DNA of 64,000 nucleotides from Macrostomum hystrix (lineage: Eukaryota; Animalia; Platyhelminthes). Position 1 is the first letter of the stretch; each line of letters starts with the position of its first letter. Below are positions 32,985 to 44,193 of the stretch, piece after piece. Both the position numbers and the translations under genes were made by a program. The stretch covers positions 8,122,001 through 8,186,000 of the forward strand of contig CATNEN010000029.1 of the NCBI GenBank assembly GCA_950097015.1. The letters run 5' to 3'. The notes under the pieces are model-generated. The model had not been told where the DNA came from, made no database searches, and saw only the letters and a program-made list of their open reading frames with translations.

Positions 32985-33295
32985 AATAATAATAATAATA
33001 TAATAGATTACACCTGGTCCTATTCGGCCAGATGTACATCCGACAGTACAGCCACAGCAGCTATTGCGCGGCGCATCTGAAGGCTGCGTACAGCTTTTAA
33101 GTCCATGGACTGAGAAACGCCACACGCACCCTCACTTACCCCAGCTAATGCTGCGGCACCCATTTAACAGCTGGGTGAACTGAAGCAATGCCGAGTTAAG
33201 TGTCTTGCTAAAGGACACAATTTGTTCCATTGAAGTCTGCAGGAATCGAACCCCCGACGTTCAAGTCGTGAGTCCGACGCTCTAACCACAAAGCA
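32985..33295 (-). mobile_element. tRNA-derived CORE-like SINE (family B), full length with (ATT)n tail
   Basis: Minus strand: TGTGGTTAGAGCG A-box, GGTTCGATTCC B-box, GTGTCCTTTAGCAAGACACTTAAC core, CACCCAGCTGTTAAATGGGTGCC, ending in a TATTATTATT tail. Confidence 0.85.
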
Positions 33296-33999
33296 GTTAA
33301 TTTTAGAAATTCATACGCGTCTCGAATCATTGGAGGTCATGATTCTGGCCTGTACATGAGATAAGAACTCTACTGTAATAAGAGTGTACGTCTGTCCTGA
33401 CAGAAGTGTATAATAAATTCCATCATCAGGCAATTTACCTGGTGGGAGACGTTACGCCAGTACTCGTTACGTTGCATCACTCACCCCTAAGCTTTCTCAC
33501 AGAATTGGCCCCGGCATCTGCTCAGGCACCCCGAAACTGCTCACTAACCTGCTGTGAGTAGTTTTCCGCATCAGTTCACCCATCTATACTGCAGTTTTCA
33601 TCTCTGGCACTGTGAAAAAAGTCGCAGCTTTGCGCCATCGACCCTGGCGCCGGAAAACATTAACTGTCTGCGTCGGTAAGACATATTCTTACTTGGAGTG
33701 TCTGATTTTGCTTTTTTACAGCGCACGAAAGGCCTACAATTAGTGCACCTGTTCTAATGCATAATGCATGAACAGTTAACTAGCTCATCAAATTTCATTC
33801 AAAGTTAAAAAATTACCTCAGTGCAACAAAAACTTTTGCCAACGGAGAATACTTTTTCTCTAACTGAGTCGGCAGAATTTACGAACTAAAACAGACTCAA
33901 ACTGAATCGCCAAAGGTAATTTACTTTTTGTTTTAATATTCGTTTATTAAACCAAATATTAAACCTTAATTTGCCAATATGTGCAGCCGCAGCTATTGA

Positions 34000-34170
34000 C
34001 GCCACACCCACCCCAGTTAATGCTGCGGCACCCATTTAACAGCTGGGTGAACTGATGCAACGCAGAGTTAAGTGTCTAGCTAAAGGAGCACAAGTTGTTC
34101 TAGTGGAGTCAGGAATCGAAACCGCGACCTTTAAGTCTTGATTCCGAAGCTCTAATCACTAGGCTAAAAC
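34000..34170 (-). mobile_element. tRNA-derived CORE-like SINE (family B) copy
   Basis: Near-identical block aatgctgcggcacccatttaacagctgggtgaactga shared with the 33.1 kb copy; B-box caggaatcgaa. Confidence 0.8.
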
Positions 34171-34570
34171 TCCCTAGTGGCTAGAGAGTGTTGGACTTAA
34201 GAGGCGAACCAATCAGAAGGCAGTGTAAAGAGAGGTTAGAGGCAAGGGTTAAGCCAGCCAGACAAAGATCAAGGCGTGAAAAGTTAAGAATAGTAGACAA
34301 CATATACATGTGCATAAATACTAGAAAGAGAAGGAGTAGCTAGCAATGTCAAAGTACAGATTTATAAAAAATGTGTTCGAGCAGAACTCGCTAGCAAACT
34401 ATGTTTACTGAAAGTTTTTTTTAGTTTTGTTAGCGGTTTCTTTGTTCCGTGTCCAATATTTTAAGTTTCTTATTTCCAGTTTCTTAGTTCAGTATTTGAT
34501 TCAAAAAACTCCAAACAACTTTTAGTTCCAAAAGAATCGGGCATAGCTTGATCTGATAAATAGCCTAAGC

Positions 34571-35107
34571 CAGGGGTAGGCAAACTTATTTGCTGGCGGG
34601 CCAAAGAGAGAGCCTAAAAGACGACAGCGGGCCGCATTGACTGTATAAATGAGATAGGAGAGATGAGACACGGGAGAGATGAGACACAGGAAATATGGGA
34701 CATGAGAGAGATTAGACACGGGAGAGATGAGACACGAGAGAGATGAGACACGGGAGGGATAAGATAGGGAGAGAATAGACACGGGAGAGATGAGACGGGA
34801 GAGATTAGACACGGGAGAGATTAGACACGGGAGAGATGAGACGGGAGAGATTAGACACGGAAGAGATTAGACAGGGGAGAGATTAGACACGGGAGAGATT
34901 AGACACGGGAGAGATTAGACACAGGAGAGATGAGACACGAGAGAGATGAGACACGGGAGAGATAAGATAGGGAGAGATTAGACGCGGGAGAGATTAGACA
35001 CGGGAGACATGAAACAGGACACTGTAGATGTCAGAAGGGGCAACGGGCCGGATTTGGGAGCTTCGAGGGCCGCATCTGGCCCGCGGGCCGGAGTTTGCCG
35101 ACCCCTG
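34571..35107. mobile_element. Non-autonomous hAT (Charlie/MER58-like) MITE carrying an internal minisatellite
   Basis: TIRs CAGGGGTAGGCAAACT ... AGTTTGCCGACCCCTG; exact 8-bp TSD GCCTAAGC at 34563-34570 and 35108-35115; subterminal GGCCCGCGGGCC; internal ~16-bp repeat gagagattagacacgg (about 34650-35020). Confidence 0.92.
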
Positions 35108-35109
35108 GC

Positions 35110-36171
35110 CTAAGCCATCTCAGTATCCCCCATATAGGGGGGCGCATTGTTCCTGTTGCAAGACCTGACACAATGCCAACTTAAAATTCGCAGACATGGT
35201 CGACCGAACCGCTGACCAAATGCCGTGCGAAACTTGCCACCCATGAAGTAGAGAGGCCAATTCATAGCATTGTTGGCGTACACTAGAGTGTTCAGGTGGC
35301 GGAGCAAGATCATGTACTGGTCTGGGCCCATTGCACCTTTCAGAGACACATGTAGCTGGGACACAATGCTCCAGGGAAGAGCGGTGACCAGAAAGGTGAG
35401 GTTCAGGAACACGAGGATCAAGGTGATGCGGATCAGCGATCGGTTTCTCTCCTTGCTGCTGTCCGTCCCAGCCTCCAGCTGCATCCGCCTCGCAGTGCGG
35501 TTGTTCCACACCAGCAGCAGGCAGATGGCCACGGTGCCGATGACCAGAGCACTCAGCAGGAACACTCGGCCAAAGTAGAGATCCACTGGGTTGTACACCC
35601 TCAGGATGTAGTCCAGGCTTTTGATGTCGCACACGTTATGTTCGAAGTTCCAGCTTCTGTTAGCCACATACAAGACTGGCAATAGCAGTGCCATGCAGGT
35701 GATGAGGCCCAGAAGAGCCCAGCTTCTCTTGCGGCTTAGGATCTGCTTGGCCTTCAGCGGAGCAGCCACGGCAATGAGTCGATCGACTGTGAGGCCAAGC
35801 TGGAAGAACTGAGTGCCCGACAGTGCGTAGTAAGTCAAGAAGTCGTAGACGACGCACATTGGAAGATTGACGTCTCGTGGAGTCTTGTACCAGGTCCAGG
35901 CGTTGTCTTTCACGAAGTCCGACATGTACAATAGATAATGAGTGGCCGCCTTAAAAGTGAGGATGAGAAAGTCGTTCATGGTGATGACGAGCATGTATTG
36001 CCGAGTGACGTACGGGAACACCTTGCGGTTGGTCGCGATGACGAAGAAGGCGCAGGCGTTCACAATGGCACCCAGAGTGCAAAGTAGTGGGAACAGCCAC
36101 ACGAAGACGTTCCACGTCACCCAGTTCCACGACGAGTCAAAGAACCACAGCTGAGCGGAGCTGGAGTTCAT
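35110..36171 (-). CDS. Orphan class A GPCR, copy 4, 353 aa from MNSSSAQLW, intronless
   Basis: Paralog of copies 1-3. The upstream in-frame extension to 36378 in the ORF track has no homology to the paralogs, so the ATG at 36171 is preferred. Confidence 0.9.
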   Translation of the reverse strand: MNSSSAQLWFFDSSWNWVTWNVFVWLFPLLCTLGAIVNACAFFVIATNRKVFPYVTRQYMLVITMNDFLILTFKAATHYLLYMSDFVKDNAWTWYKTPRDVNLPMCVVYDFLTYYALSGTQFFQLGLTVDRLIAVAAPLKAKQILSRKRSWALLGLITCMALLLPVLYVANRSWNFEHNVCDIKSLDYILRVYNPVDLYFGRVFLLSALVIGTVAICLLLVWNNRTARRMQLEAGTDSSKERNRSLIRITLILVFLNLTFLVTALPWSIVSQLHVSLKGAMGPDQYMILLRHLNTLVYANNAMNWPLYFMGGKFRTAFGQRFGRPCLRILSWHCVRSCNRNNAPPYMGDTEMA

Positions 36172-36615
36172 GTTTGGCGAATGCCTTTTAGTCAGTAAAT
36201 TTTGTCGAATCCTGTTGCAGTTGCAGTCGTATATATGCATATAATCTTTCGTGCCTTTCTGTGCATCAACGCGAGATAACTGACGTTTCGTTCCAGTTTT
36301 TGGTCTCATTTGAATGATTGATGTAGAATAGTTTCTGAGCTTCACCGATGCGTTTTGTTTACATCCCTTTCTTTGCATTTGCTAATTTCCGTTGTCTGCA
36401 GAACGCTGGCGATTGGCAGTTGTCAGGGAAGCCCTTTTAGCGAGAGAAATAAAAAAAATACCGACGGGAATATTTTGCTTTTGCCAATAGCTTTAACAGC
36501 CATAATTTCAAATTGTGGCATCTACGAGTATGTTTAAGCTGACGGTATACGTTGCTAGGCTGTTTTCGGAGGTTTTTACTTTTTTGTTTTAGCTGGCACT
36601 GAATGAAAACTTAGT

Positions 36616-36763
36616 TATTCTTATAGGGATTGTTTTTCAAAACTTTTACGACTTTATTTTATAAGCTCTGTTAAACTCACGAAACCTGGCAGGTTAGTAT
36701 TCTTATAGGGATTGTTTTTCAAAACTTTTACGACTTTATTTTATAAGCTCTGTTAAACTCACG
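36616..36763. repeat. 82-bp-period direct duplication in the divergent promoter region between GPCR4 and the lectin gene
   Basis: tattcttatagggattgtttttcaaaacttttacgactttattttataagctctgttaaactcacg present twice (36616 and 36698). Confidence 0.9.
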
Positions 36764-37081
36764 CGCAGGTTTTGTTTCTCAAAGTCTCACGAAACCTGGC
36801 CTACTCAAAATCTGAAACTAGACAAAACGGGAAGTGAGACTTCCCGATTGTTCTGCATCACAGCTAAAGTGAGGCAACTGAATGAAGGTCGAGAAGGTTG
36901 CATTGGGCGCTTCCCAGGCTGCCCGCTGCGTGCTCCGCAACAAAGGAAGCATTCTTCCTGAGGCAACCCCCCTTTTATGAACTGTCATTCCGGTGGTATA
37001 AATAGTCGACTCAAATCTCTCGACCTGTTCGTTTCGCCTTATAAAAATCTGCCTTTTCACCCGCCTACTGGCAAGTCTGTG

Positions 37082-39894
37082 ATGAAGCTACTAGAAGACA
37101 AGCTGCGAAAATGGCTGGCACTGCTGCTGGCAGCTCAGCATTGCATTCTGACTCAAGGCTCCGTGCACAACTGTAAGTATCTAATTAGTTAGTACTAGTT
37201 AGTTTCTAATAAGTAATACATGCACATTCGATCACAGATTATTCCTAAGGTCCTAAGGAAGCAGTGCCTGGCATACCTGGGAGGGTCATGGTGAGGGCTC
37301 GGATGTCCTTCCGTGTTTGGTTCAGGAGGACCTTCCGGAGCCGGGTGGGATGGGACAGGGACTGCCGCTCTGGACTGGCGGCAGTTCATGGTGTCCCTCC
37401 ATCGGGTGTGATGGAGGTTTGTCGCCCAGTTATTAATCTGGCGATGTTATAATGACGGTGTTGGGGATAGGGGTGGGTTGGTGCTGACCAACGGGGAGCT
37501 GGTGCCTCCCTGCTTTGCCAGGGAGTCGGCAAGCTCATTTCCAGGAAAACCGGAATGCCCTGGTATCCTGTCCTGCCCTGTCTGACGGTGTTTTAACCAG
37601 CCAGTTTGTTGAACTGTGGGACACAGTCTGAGGCTGTCCGAGAGGTTGTAGTAGTATGACAGCGCCTGCAGCCCTTAGCTAGCTAACGAGTAAAACGAGG
37701 ATGTGCCGCACCTCTCATACCCCGCAGCGTGCAGCATGCAGACAATGAACCTATACACGTGCAGCGCACCGACAAACCTGAAGAAGCTGCCACAGGAGGC
37801 CACAGTTAATAAGAACTCCCAGATTCAGATGGGGGAAATTCTCCGTGTAGAACTCCAGCAGCCCGGCCACGCCTTCTTCACCGCCGCTGGCTGGCGTGGC
37901 TCCGTCGATTTCCTGTGCAACAGTAGCGGAAGTTGGGAACCGCTGCAAACGCTTCTGCTGACGGAATGTCAGGCCTACACCAGCATTCGACACTGCTTTC
38001 AGGCGCCAATCTACGCGTGCGCCCGCTTTGAATGGTTTGGCTCTGGCGGATTCAATGTCACGACGAGGCGTCAGTTTGCCGCTTCTGACTGCGCACTCGG
38101 CTTTAATGCGACTGGGCTACTGACCGCCGTCGACTCCATCCGCACTCAGCTGCCGACCAAGTGAGTATCGCGTAAAAGTAGAAAGACCACGGCGTATTTC
38201 AAAAACCCACTGCCTACTTCACAATGGCTACCAAACCGAATGGCCGATTTTCGTGAAAGTCCACCATTTGGTTCAAAATTTTCCGCACTTTTCGATTCGA
38301 TGAACTAGCTTTCTAAGCCGTCCGACCGACGTAAGCATCGTCGAGATATTTAGCGATCCTTGTCGAAGAGCCTGGTGACAAGGACAACTAAGCCTCTATT
38401 GCTCTGCATAGGCCTCTGTGGCGAATCCATATTGAGTAGTCGTACTCAATACGACTACTCAATACGAAAAATCGTTAGTTTTATCGCACTGAATTGTAAA
38501 AAATTCCTTTGTGTTGTGAAGCGCTTTTTTGTTGCACAGTGCAAACAAATAGTTTAGGGATCCAATAAATGAGAACATAAATATTAGTAGGGAGGCTGTG
38601 GAGGCTGTGGAGGCTGTGGAGCATTAATTTTTTATGTTAAGCCACAGGCGAAGAATAGACGTTTCTGTCTACCTTTCTGTCTACGGTATTTCACAGACTC
38701 CTGAGCTCACACACACTCACCGACACACGGTTAAGTCCACAGGCTTGTAGAATTAACCTTGTAGCTTGTCGACAGAAGACAAGAAGGTGGTGGTGGGGCC
38801 CAGATAAGTTACAAAGGCTTGTACATCTACCATGACTTTCTCATCGTAAGGCAGTATACAGAATAAATGTGCCTGAGAATTTGGCCAAATATGCGTAAAT
38901 TAGTGTGGCCTCATCACGAACTTAAGCTCAGGGACATTAATGAAAGAGTCACAACTTGCGTACCTTAAGTTGGCAAATCTCAGATCTTTTCCCAACATAT
39001 GCTACTTGGAGTAGTTTAAACTGGCTCGTACATTCGATGCACGCCAACACGCACACCGCAGCCTCCGCTTCATCCTACCTGTGGAGAAGACTCGCCAGGT
39101 CGCTTTCAACGCCAGCCAACGCGCCTGGCTCTTCGGCGGCAGTTCACCAGCGGAAGTGGCATCCGGCTGCTGTTGGTCACTTCCTGAGCCTCCATCACCG
39201 CCGTGGACACTGGACGCTGACGGTGGCAGCGGCAACAACAGCGCGTATTGTGCCTGCGTGGACAACCGTGGACGCTGGCTAGCCTGTGTCTGCCCGCCGG
39301 CGGCTGGCATCGATTCGGCCGTGTGTGCTCGTGAGCGAATCCGCGGGAAAATTTTCCTGAAGTTTTCATAGAGGCTTATGCAACAGACACATTTTCTCAA
39401 ATTTCTCATTTTTTCCAATTACTAATTGACGAAACGAGCCAGATTTTGTGCCGCATATACTACTTAAAGTATCTTTATCCCTCGATGCACAGTTCCCAAC
39501 GGAACCGTGTCAGTAGTGCAGGGCCCGGGCCCGATCTTCAGTCTGGCTGAACTGTCCTGCATCTGTAACGCCAGCTTGGCCCATCCGACCTCGGATGACG
39601 ATACTTTCTCCGCCATCGCCGAGGCTGTTCAGAGCTTCCCTCCGACATTCCTGGCCTATGTTGGCGCCGTCACCAGCCTTCCAGACTACTGGGAGTGGTA
39701 TGACGGACAATCGCCTAGGAATTCCTATCCGGCTGTTGCCGCCGCCATGCTAAGCGAGAGGGTAGCTCTCGACAGTCTCGAATACTGCGTCACTGGTAGC
39801 AACAACCGCACTGGAGATGGTGGGATCAGCTATTGGGCCGTGCCATGCTCGGAGCTCGCCTACGGTGGCTACTACAGGCTGTGTGAGGATCACG
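37082..39894 (+). CDS. Secreted or surface protein with two divergent C-type lectin-like domains; exons 37082-37172, 37728-38160, 39062-39330, 39493-39894; further 3' exons unresolved
   Basis: Signal-peptide-like MKLLEDKLRKWLALLLAAQHCILTQG. Junction phases 1, 2, 1 join cleanly. CTLD-like patterns: FNASQRAWLF..YCACVDNRGRWLACVC..AVC and CNASLAHPTS..YVGA..WEWYDG..YCV..YWAVPC..RLCE. No EPN/QPD or WND motifs. Confidence 0.65.
37240..37660 (-). mobile_element. Degenerate fragment of an RNase H-bearing non-LTR retrotransposon (I/R1/Loa-like) in lectin intron 1
   Basis: Minus-strand frame SDS...IPGHSGFPGNELADSLAKQG (37513-37557), followed by W..NLHHTRW..CRQ and HCFLRTL. Contains stops and frameshifts. 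Confidence 0.75.
38690..38935 (-). mobile_element. Degenerate SINE family A copy
   Basis: gactcctgagc, ctttctcatcgtaaggcagt and gtggcctcatcacg..gctcagggac blocks match other copies. Confidence 0.55.
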
Positions 39895-40950
39895 GTAGGT
39901 TTGGGGAGGTGGGCTACTACAGGCTGTGTGAGGATCACGGTAGGTTTGGGTACTATGGAGCTACTACAGGCTGTGTGAGGATCACGGTAGGTTTGGGTAC
40001 TATGGAGCTACTACAGGCTGTGTGAGGATCACGGTAGGTTTGGGTATTATGGCGCTACTACAGGCTGTGTGAGGATCAGGGTAGGTTTGGGTACCATGGA
40101 GCTACTGCAGGCTGTGTGAGGATCACGGTAGGTTTGGGTACTATGGAGCTACTACAGGCTGTGTGAGGATCACGGTAGGTTTGGGTACTATGGAGCTACT
40201 ACAGGCTGTGTGAGGATCACGGTAGGTTTGGGTACTATGGAGCTACTACAGGCTGTGTGAGGATCACGGTAGGTTTGGGTACTATGGAGCTACTACAGGC
40301 TGTGTGAGGATCACGGTAGGTTTGGGTACTATGGAGCTACTACAGGCTGTGTGAGGATCACGGTAGGTTTGGGTACTATGGAGCTACTACAGGCTGTGTG
40401 AGGATCACGGTAGGTTTGGGTACTATGGAGCTACTACAGGCTGTGTGAGGATCACGGTAGGTTTGGGTACTATGGAGCTACTACAGGCTGTGTGAGGATC
40501 ACGGTAGGTTTGGGTACTATGGAGCTACTACAGGCTGTGTGAGGATCACGGTAGGTTTGGGTACTATGGAGCTACTACAGGCTGTGTGAGGATCACGGTA
40601 GGTTTGGGTACTATGGAGCTACTACAGGCTGTGTGAGGATCAGGGTAGGTTTGGGTACTATGGAGCTACTACAGGCTGTGTGAGGATCACGGTAGGTTTG
40701 GGTACTATGGAGCTACTACAGGCTGTGTGAGGATCACGGTAGGTTTGGGTACTATGGAGCTACTACAGGCTGTGTGAGGATCACGGTAGGTTTGGGTACT
40801 ATGGAGCTACTACAGGCTGTGTGAGGATCACGGTAGGTTTGGGTACTATGGAGCTACTACAGGCTGTGTGAGGATCACGGTAGGTTTGGGTACTATGGAG
40901 CTACTACAGGCTGTGTGAGGATCACGGTAGGTTTGGGTGCTATGGAACTA
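39868..40950 (+). repeat. 47-bp minisatellite formed from the exon end plus 5' splice donor (gctactacaggctgtgtgaggatcacg|gtaggtttgggtactatgga)
   Basis: About 23 near-identical units; the first unit is the coding end YYRLCEDH G|GTAGGT. Confidence 0.95.
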
Positions 40951-41939
40951 CTGCAGAGTTAGTGGTTATTAGGCAGTTGAATAATATTTCCAAATACTGA
41001 TTTACACAAGTCCCGCTGACGACAGGTAAGAATGAATCAGGTAAGTTTCTCCTAATTTAGACTGGAAAAGGGAATTAGCAATGCTGCAGTGCAGTTTTTG
41101 TTATTGATTTATAATCGGAGTTTTTCGCGAGGAGAAACAGGCAATAGATAGATATGAACTAACTAGCAGTGTGGACCAGACACTCAGGTGGTACATTCCA
41201 TCTATCTATTTCATCTTCATCTTAGCCTTGCTTCCACAATGCTGAACATCAACAAGCCACATGGACAATTTCGATGAGAATAGTGTCTCGCGAGCTGCAT
41301 TCGAGGCTCCAGAACAGGTATGGCCCGTCAGGCATCGCCAGACACAAAAGGCCTGAAAAATGGATAGAATTTTATGAATTAAACAACGCTGCGATAGAGA
41401 GTTGACAATCGAATAAGCTGAAACGGTGGAACAGCGAGGGCCCCGAATGTGAAGAATAAATAAATGTAGACAATAAAATGTTGCTACGCAGCGTTTTTTG
41501 CAGTCTTTTAGTTTTGTAGGCTTCAATGCGGGCAAGGAAAACCGGGACGCAGTTTATAGGGAGTTTATTGCTTGTGATGATATTGCGCAGTCGTTGCAAA
41601 AGAGTGTGGCAACGATTCTCCCAGAAAAAAATCTAGCAGCCCGGAAACTGCCTGATCAGGGAGTGCCTGTACAGCTGGTCTCTATTCATGGAAAGTGCGC
41701 ACTTCGCATACTGTCCAAATCCATTGGGATCCGATTCGAATAGAGTGATGAATCAGCAGCGCGCGTGTTTGTTCCGTTTTTATAAAACTTTGTTCGAGCA
41801 TTGCTTTTTTAAGTCTAAAGCAATTTTCTCATCACTCCCATGCCTTATTACTCCCATGTATAGTAGAAACTCTAACCGGTGCCTAGGTGGTAATAAACTC
41901 GCAACAGGATAGTGAACTATGAGAAGGACAGGACAGGAG

Positions 41940-42235
41940 AAGCCCCTATGCCCATTTCGCTGACTCTTGAGAACAAACACACAAACAGATACCGTTCACA
42001 GGCAGACGCTCACACAGGTGCGTACATCTGCCCTGACTTTCTCATCGTTAGGGAGCATATACTTTCACTGTGCCTCGGAGGTTGACCCTCAAGGGCGTAA
42101 GTTGCACGACAAGCCCCCAAGCCTTCTCTCCGTGGCTGCGCCTCAATGAATGTGCCCTCACCTCGGAATCCAGCTCAGGGACCTTGGTGCGAGAGGCAAA
42201 CGCGTTAGGCCGCTCTGGCACTCACCTCCTGAATA
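41940..42235 (-). mobile_element. tRNA-derived SINE family A copy
   Basis: Head gagtgccagagcggcctaacgcgtttgcctctc, core ggcgcagccacggagagaaggc, body agtcagcgaaatgggc. Confidence 0.8.
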
Positions 42236-44193
42236 CCCCTAACTACCAATGAGTCCCAATAGATGGTTCTAACTCGCATTATGATAGTTAACACCCAAAC
42301 CGATGCCTATAATCGTATCATATGGTACTAACTCGCTATAGGATAGTCAACACCCTAACTAGTGCCCGAGGTGACAGTGAGTGCAGACTTCCAACTCTCC
42401 AGCTTTCCATTGTCTAGTGAGTGCTACCCAATTTACTCTTCGCCACAAGATACAAGATCCGAGGGCCAGGAAATTTTGTTTCAAATGTAACTTCATTTCC
42501 GCAAAAACGTCGCAGTAGATGCGAGAAACATTTTGACTTTGTTAAACGAAAATCTTCAAGCCAGGTTTACCCTAGGATAGGAAAAAGCCAGAGGTAGACT
42601 AGAAATGAATAATTTCTTCAAGCCCACGGAAGTGTCGGGCCCTGCTGCAGCCAAAGTGTTGCTTCACCGTTGCAGGCAGAACACTCATCTTGGTGCGACC
42701 CCGGAGTGCCAACACCAACGGCAACTGTGTAGAGACTGTGCTCCCACCCCGCCTCTCCTCCCTAGAGAATCAATTCAACTGGAACAGCGCTTCTGCTTTC
42801 TTCCACTATTCTGCCTGACTCTATTTCTGTGTATCTCGCGCTCTCTGTCCAGTTTCCCAATACTTATGCGCAGAGTGTTTTCAGGGGGACTAGCGTAGAA
42901 ATGTCAGAAAATTCAAGAAGAGAAGGAAAAGAAGAAGAATGAGGGCGGTAAGAGCCCCCCTGTGAATCGGGGGGAGAGTAAAGGTAAAATACGTTTTCTG
43001 TCTCTACCTTTATTTCTCGCTCTTCGCACGCGCGGGCCAGACGTAAGACCCGATCCGCAACAGCCCGGCTACGTCCCAGGGGAAAAACGTATTTCACAGG
43101 CCAAAAAAATCCCTAGCATATTTAAGCTAGGCGGGTTGGAAATGGCTGCACAGTGGACTGTTTGCGGGCCCCGGGGTGCGCGCAAGCTGCGGCTTTAGTT
43201 GGCCCAACCTCCGCCACGGGGAGTCCTACAGGCCCGGGCCGGCCGGGTCACGATGGGAAGAGAAGGAGACGACGATTTTTGGGCGGCGCTGAGGCTGCTT
43301 GCTGAATTAAGGGGGTGGCATTTTTTGACAGGATGCAAAGGTAACTCCGCTACTAGGGCTGTTGCCTGCCTGGTCGCTCGCCTCCTTTTCTTTCTCTGTC
43401 TCTTTCTAAGCTCGAAGACCGGGCCGCCGCTTGCTTGGCGCTGGGCCTAGACATGCGTTTCGAATGTTGCCGCCGCGCCGTAAAGAAAGAAAACGGTAAC
43501 AGGAGGAACATTTTGATGCAAAGAGACGATGTGTTGTTGGGAAGCAGTCAGTTATGCCGCTGAGGTTGCGGTTGCAGCGTTTTAGTTAAAGAGCAGGCGT
43601 CTGCCCCATGCTGAAACAGACTATAGACAGGGGATAAATGAGAGGGGGACAAGCTAGTTATCTCCTATCCCGGGGTTTCTCTTTACCAGAGCGCAGAGAC
43701 ACAAAAGAGGGAAGAAAACGACGGAAAGGTAGATTGTGCCTATCCACTTTTTGCGCTGGGAAGGGCACAAAAACGCCCCCCCGCCCAATTCTGAAAGCGG
43801 AGAGTGGCGGGCGGCAGGCGGTGAAGGCAGAGTTCGGCGGGATAGGGTTGGATGGAGAACGAAGGAAAGTCAACGCCAGGGGCGGGGCGGGCGGTCGTTT
43901 GGAGCCGTCAGGGTTAAAAAAGGGGGACGGACCGACGGGCGCCAGCAAGTTCGAAGTTGAAGTTCCACTCTCTAGCGTTGGCTTCTCCCAGCTTCTCCAT
44001 TTCTTAGAATCGCCTCCAATTTCTCTTCTAATTCGGCTAGCGATCGACCCGGGGCTTTTTTCGGCAGCTTCGGCTTCGCTGCTCAGTCTGGCGGTGCCGA
44101 CGCGCACGCTGTCGGCTCTTTCAAATTCTTTGTTTGCGCCATTAGCTGATGCTGCACAGCTATCAAAGTAATTGCTGCTGTTACCGCTGAATT

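Noticed and set aside
25045-36154. Recurrent antisense and alternative-frame ORFs over the GPCRs (e.g. 25131-25709)
   Set aside because: Shadow ORFs expected from GC3-rich codon usage; they recur only because the GPCRs are paralogs.
36172-36378. 69-aa N-terminal extension of GPCR4
   Set aside because: No similarity to paralogs, AT-rich UTR-like composition; paralog 2 starts at the equivalent MNSSS.
41498-41743. Possible downstream exon(s) of the lectin gene (also a 15-nt micro-exon near 41010-41025)
   Set aside because: Splice signals are plausible but there is no homology or other support to choose among them.
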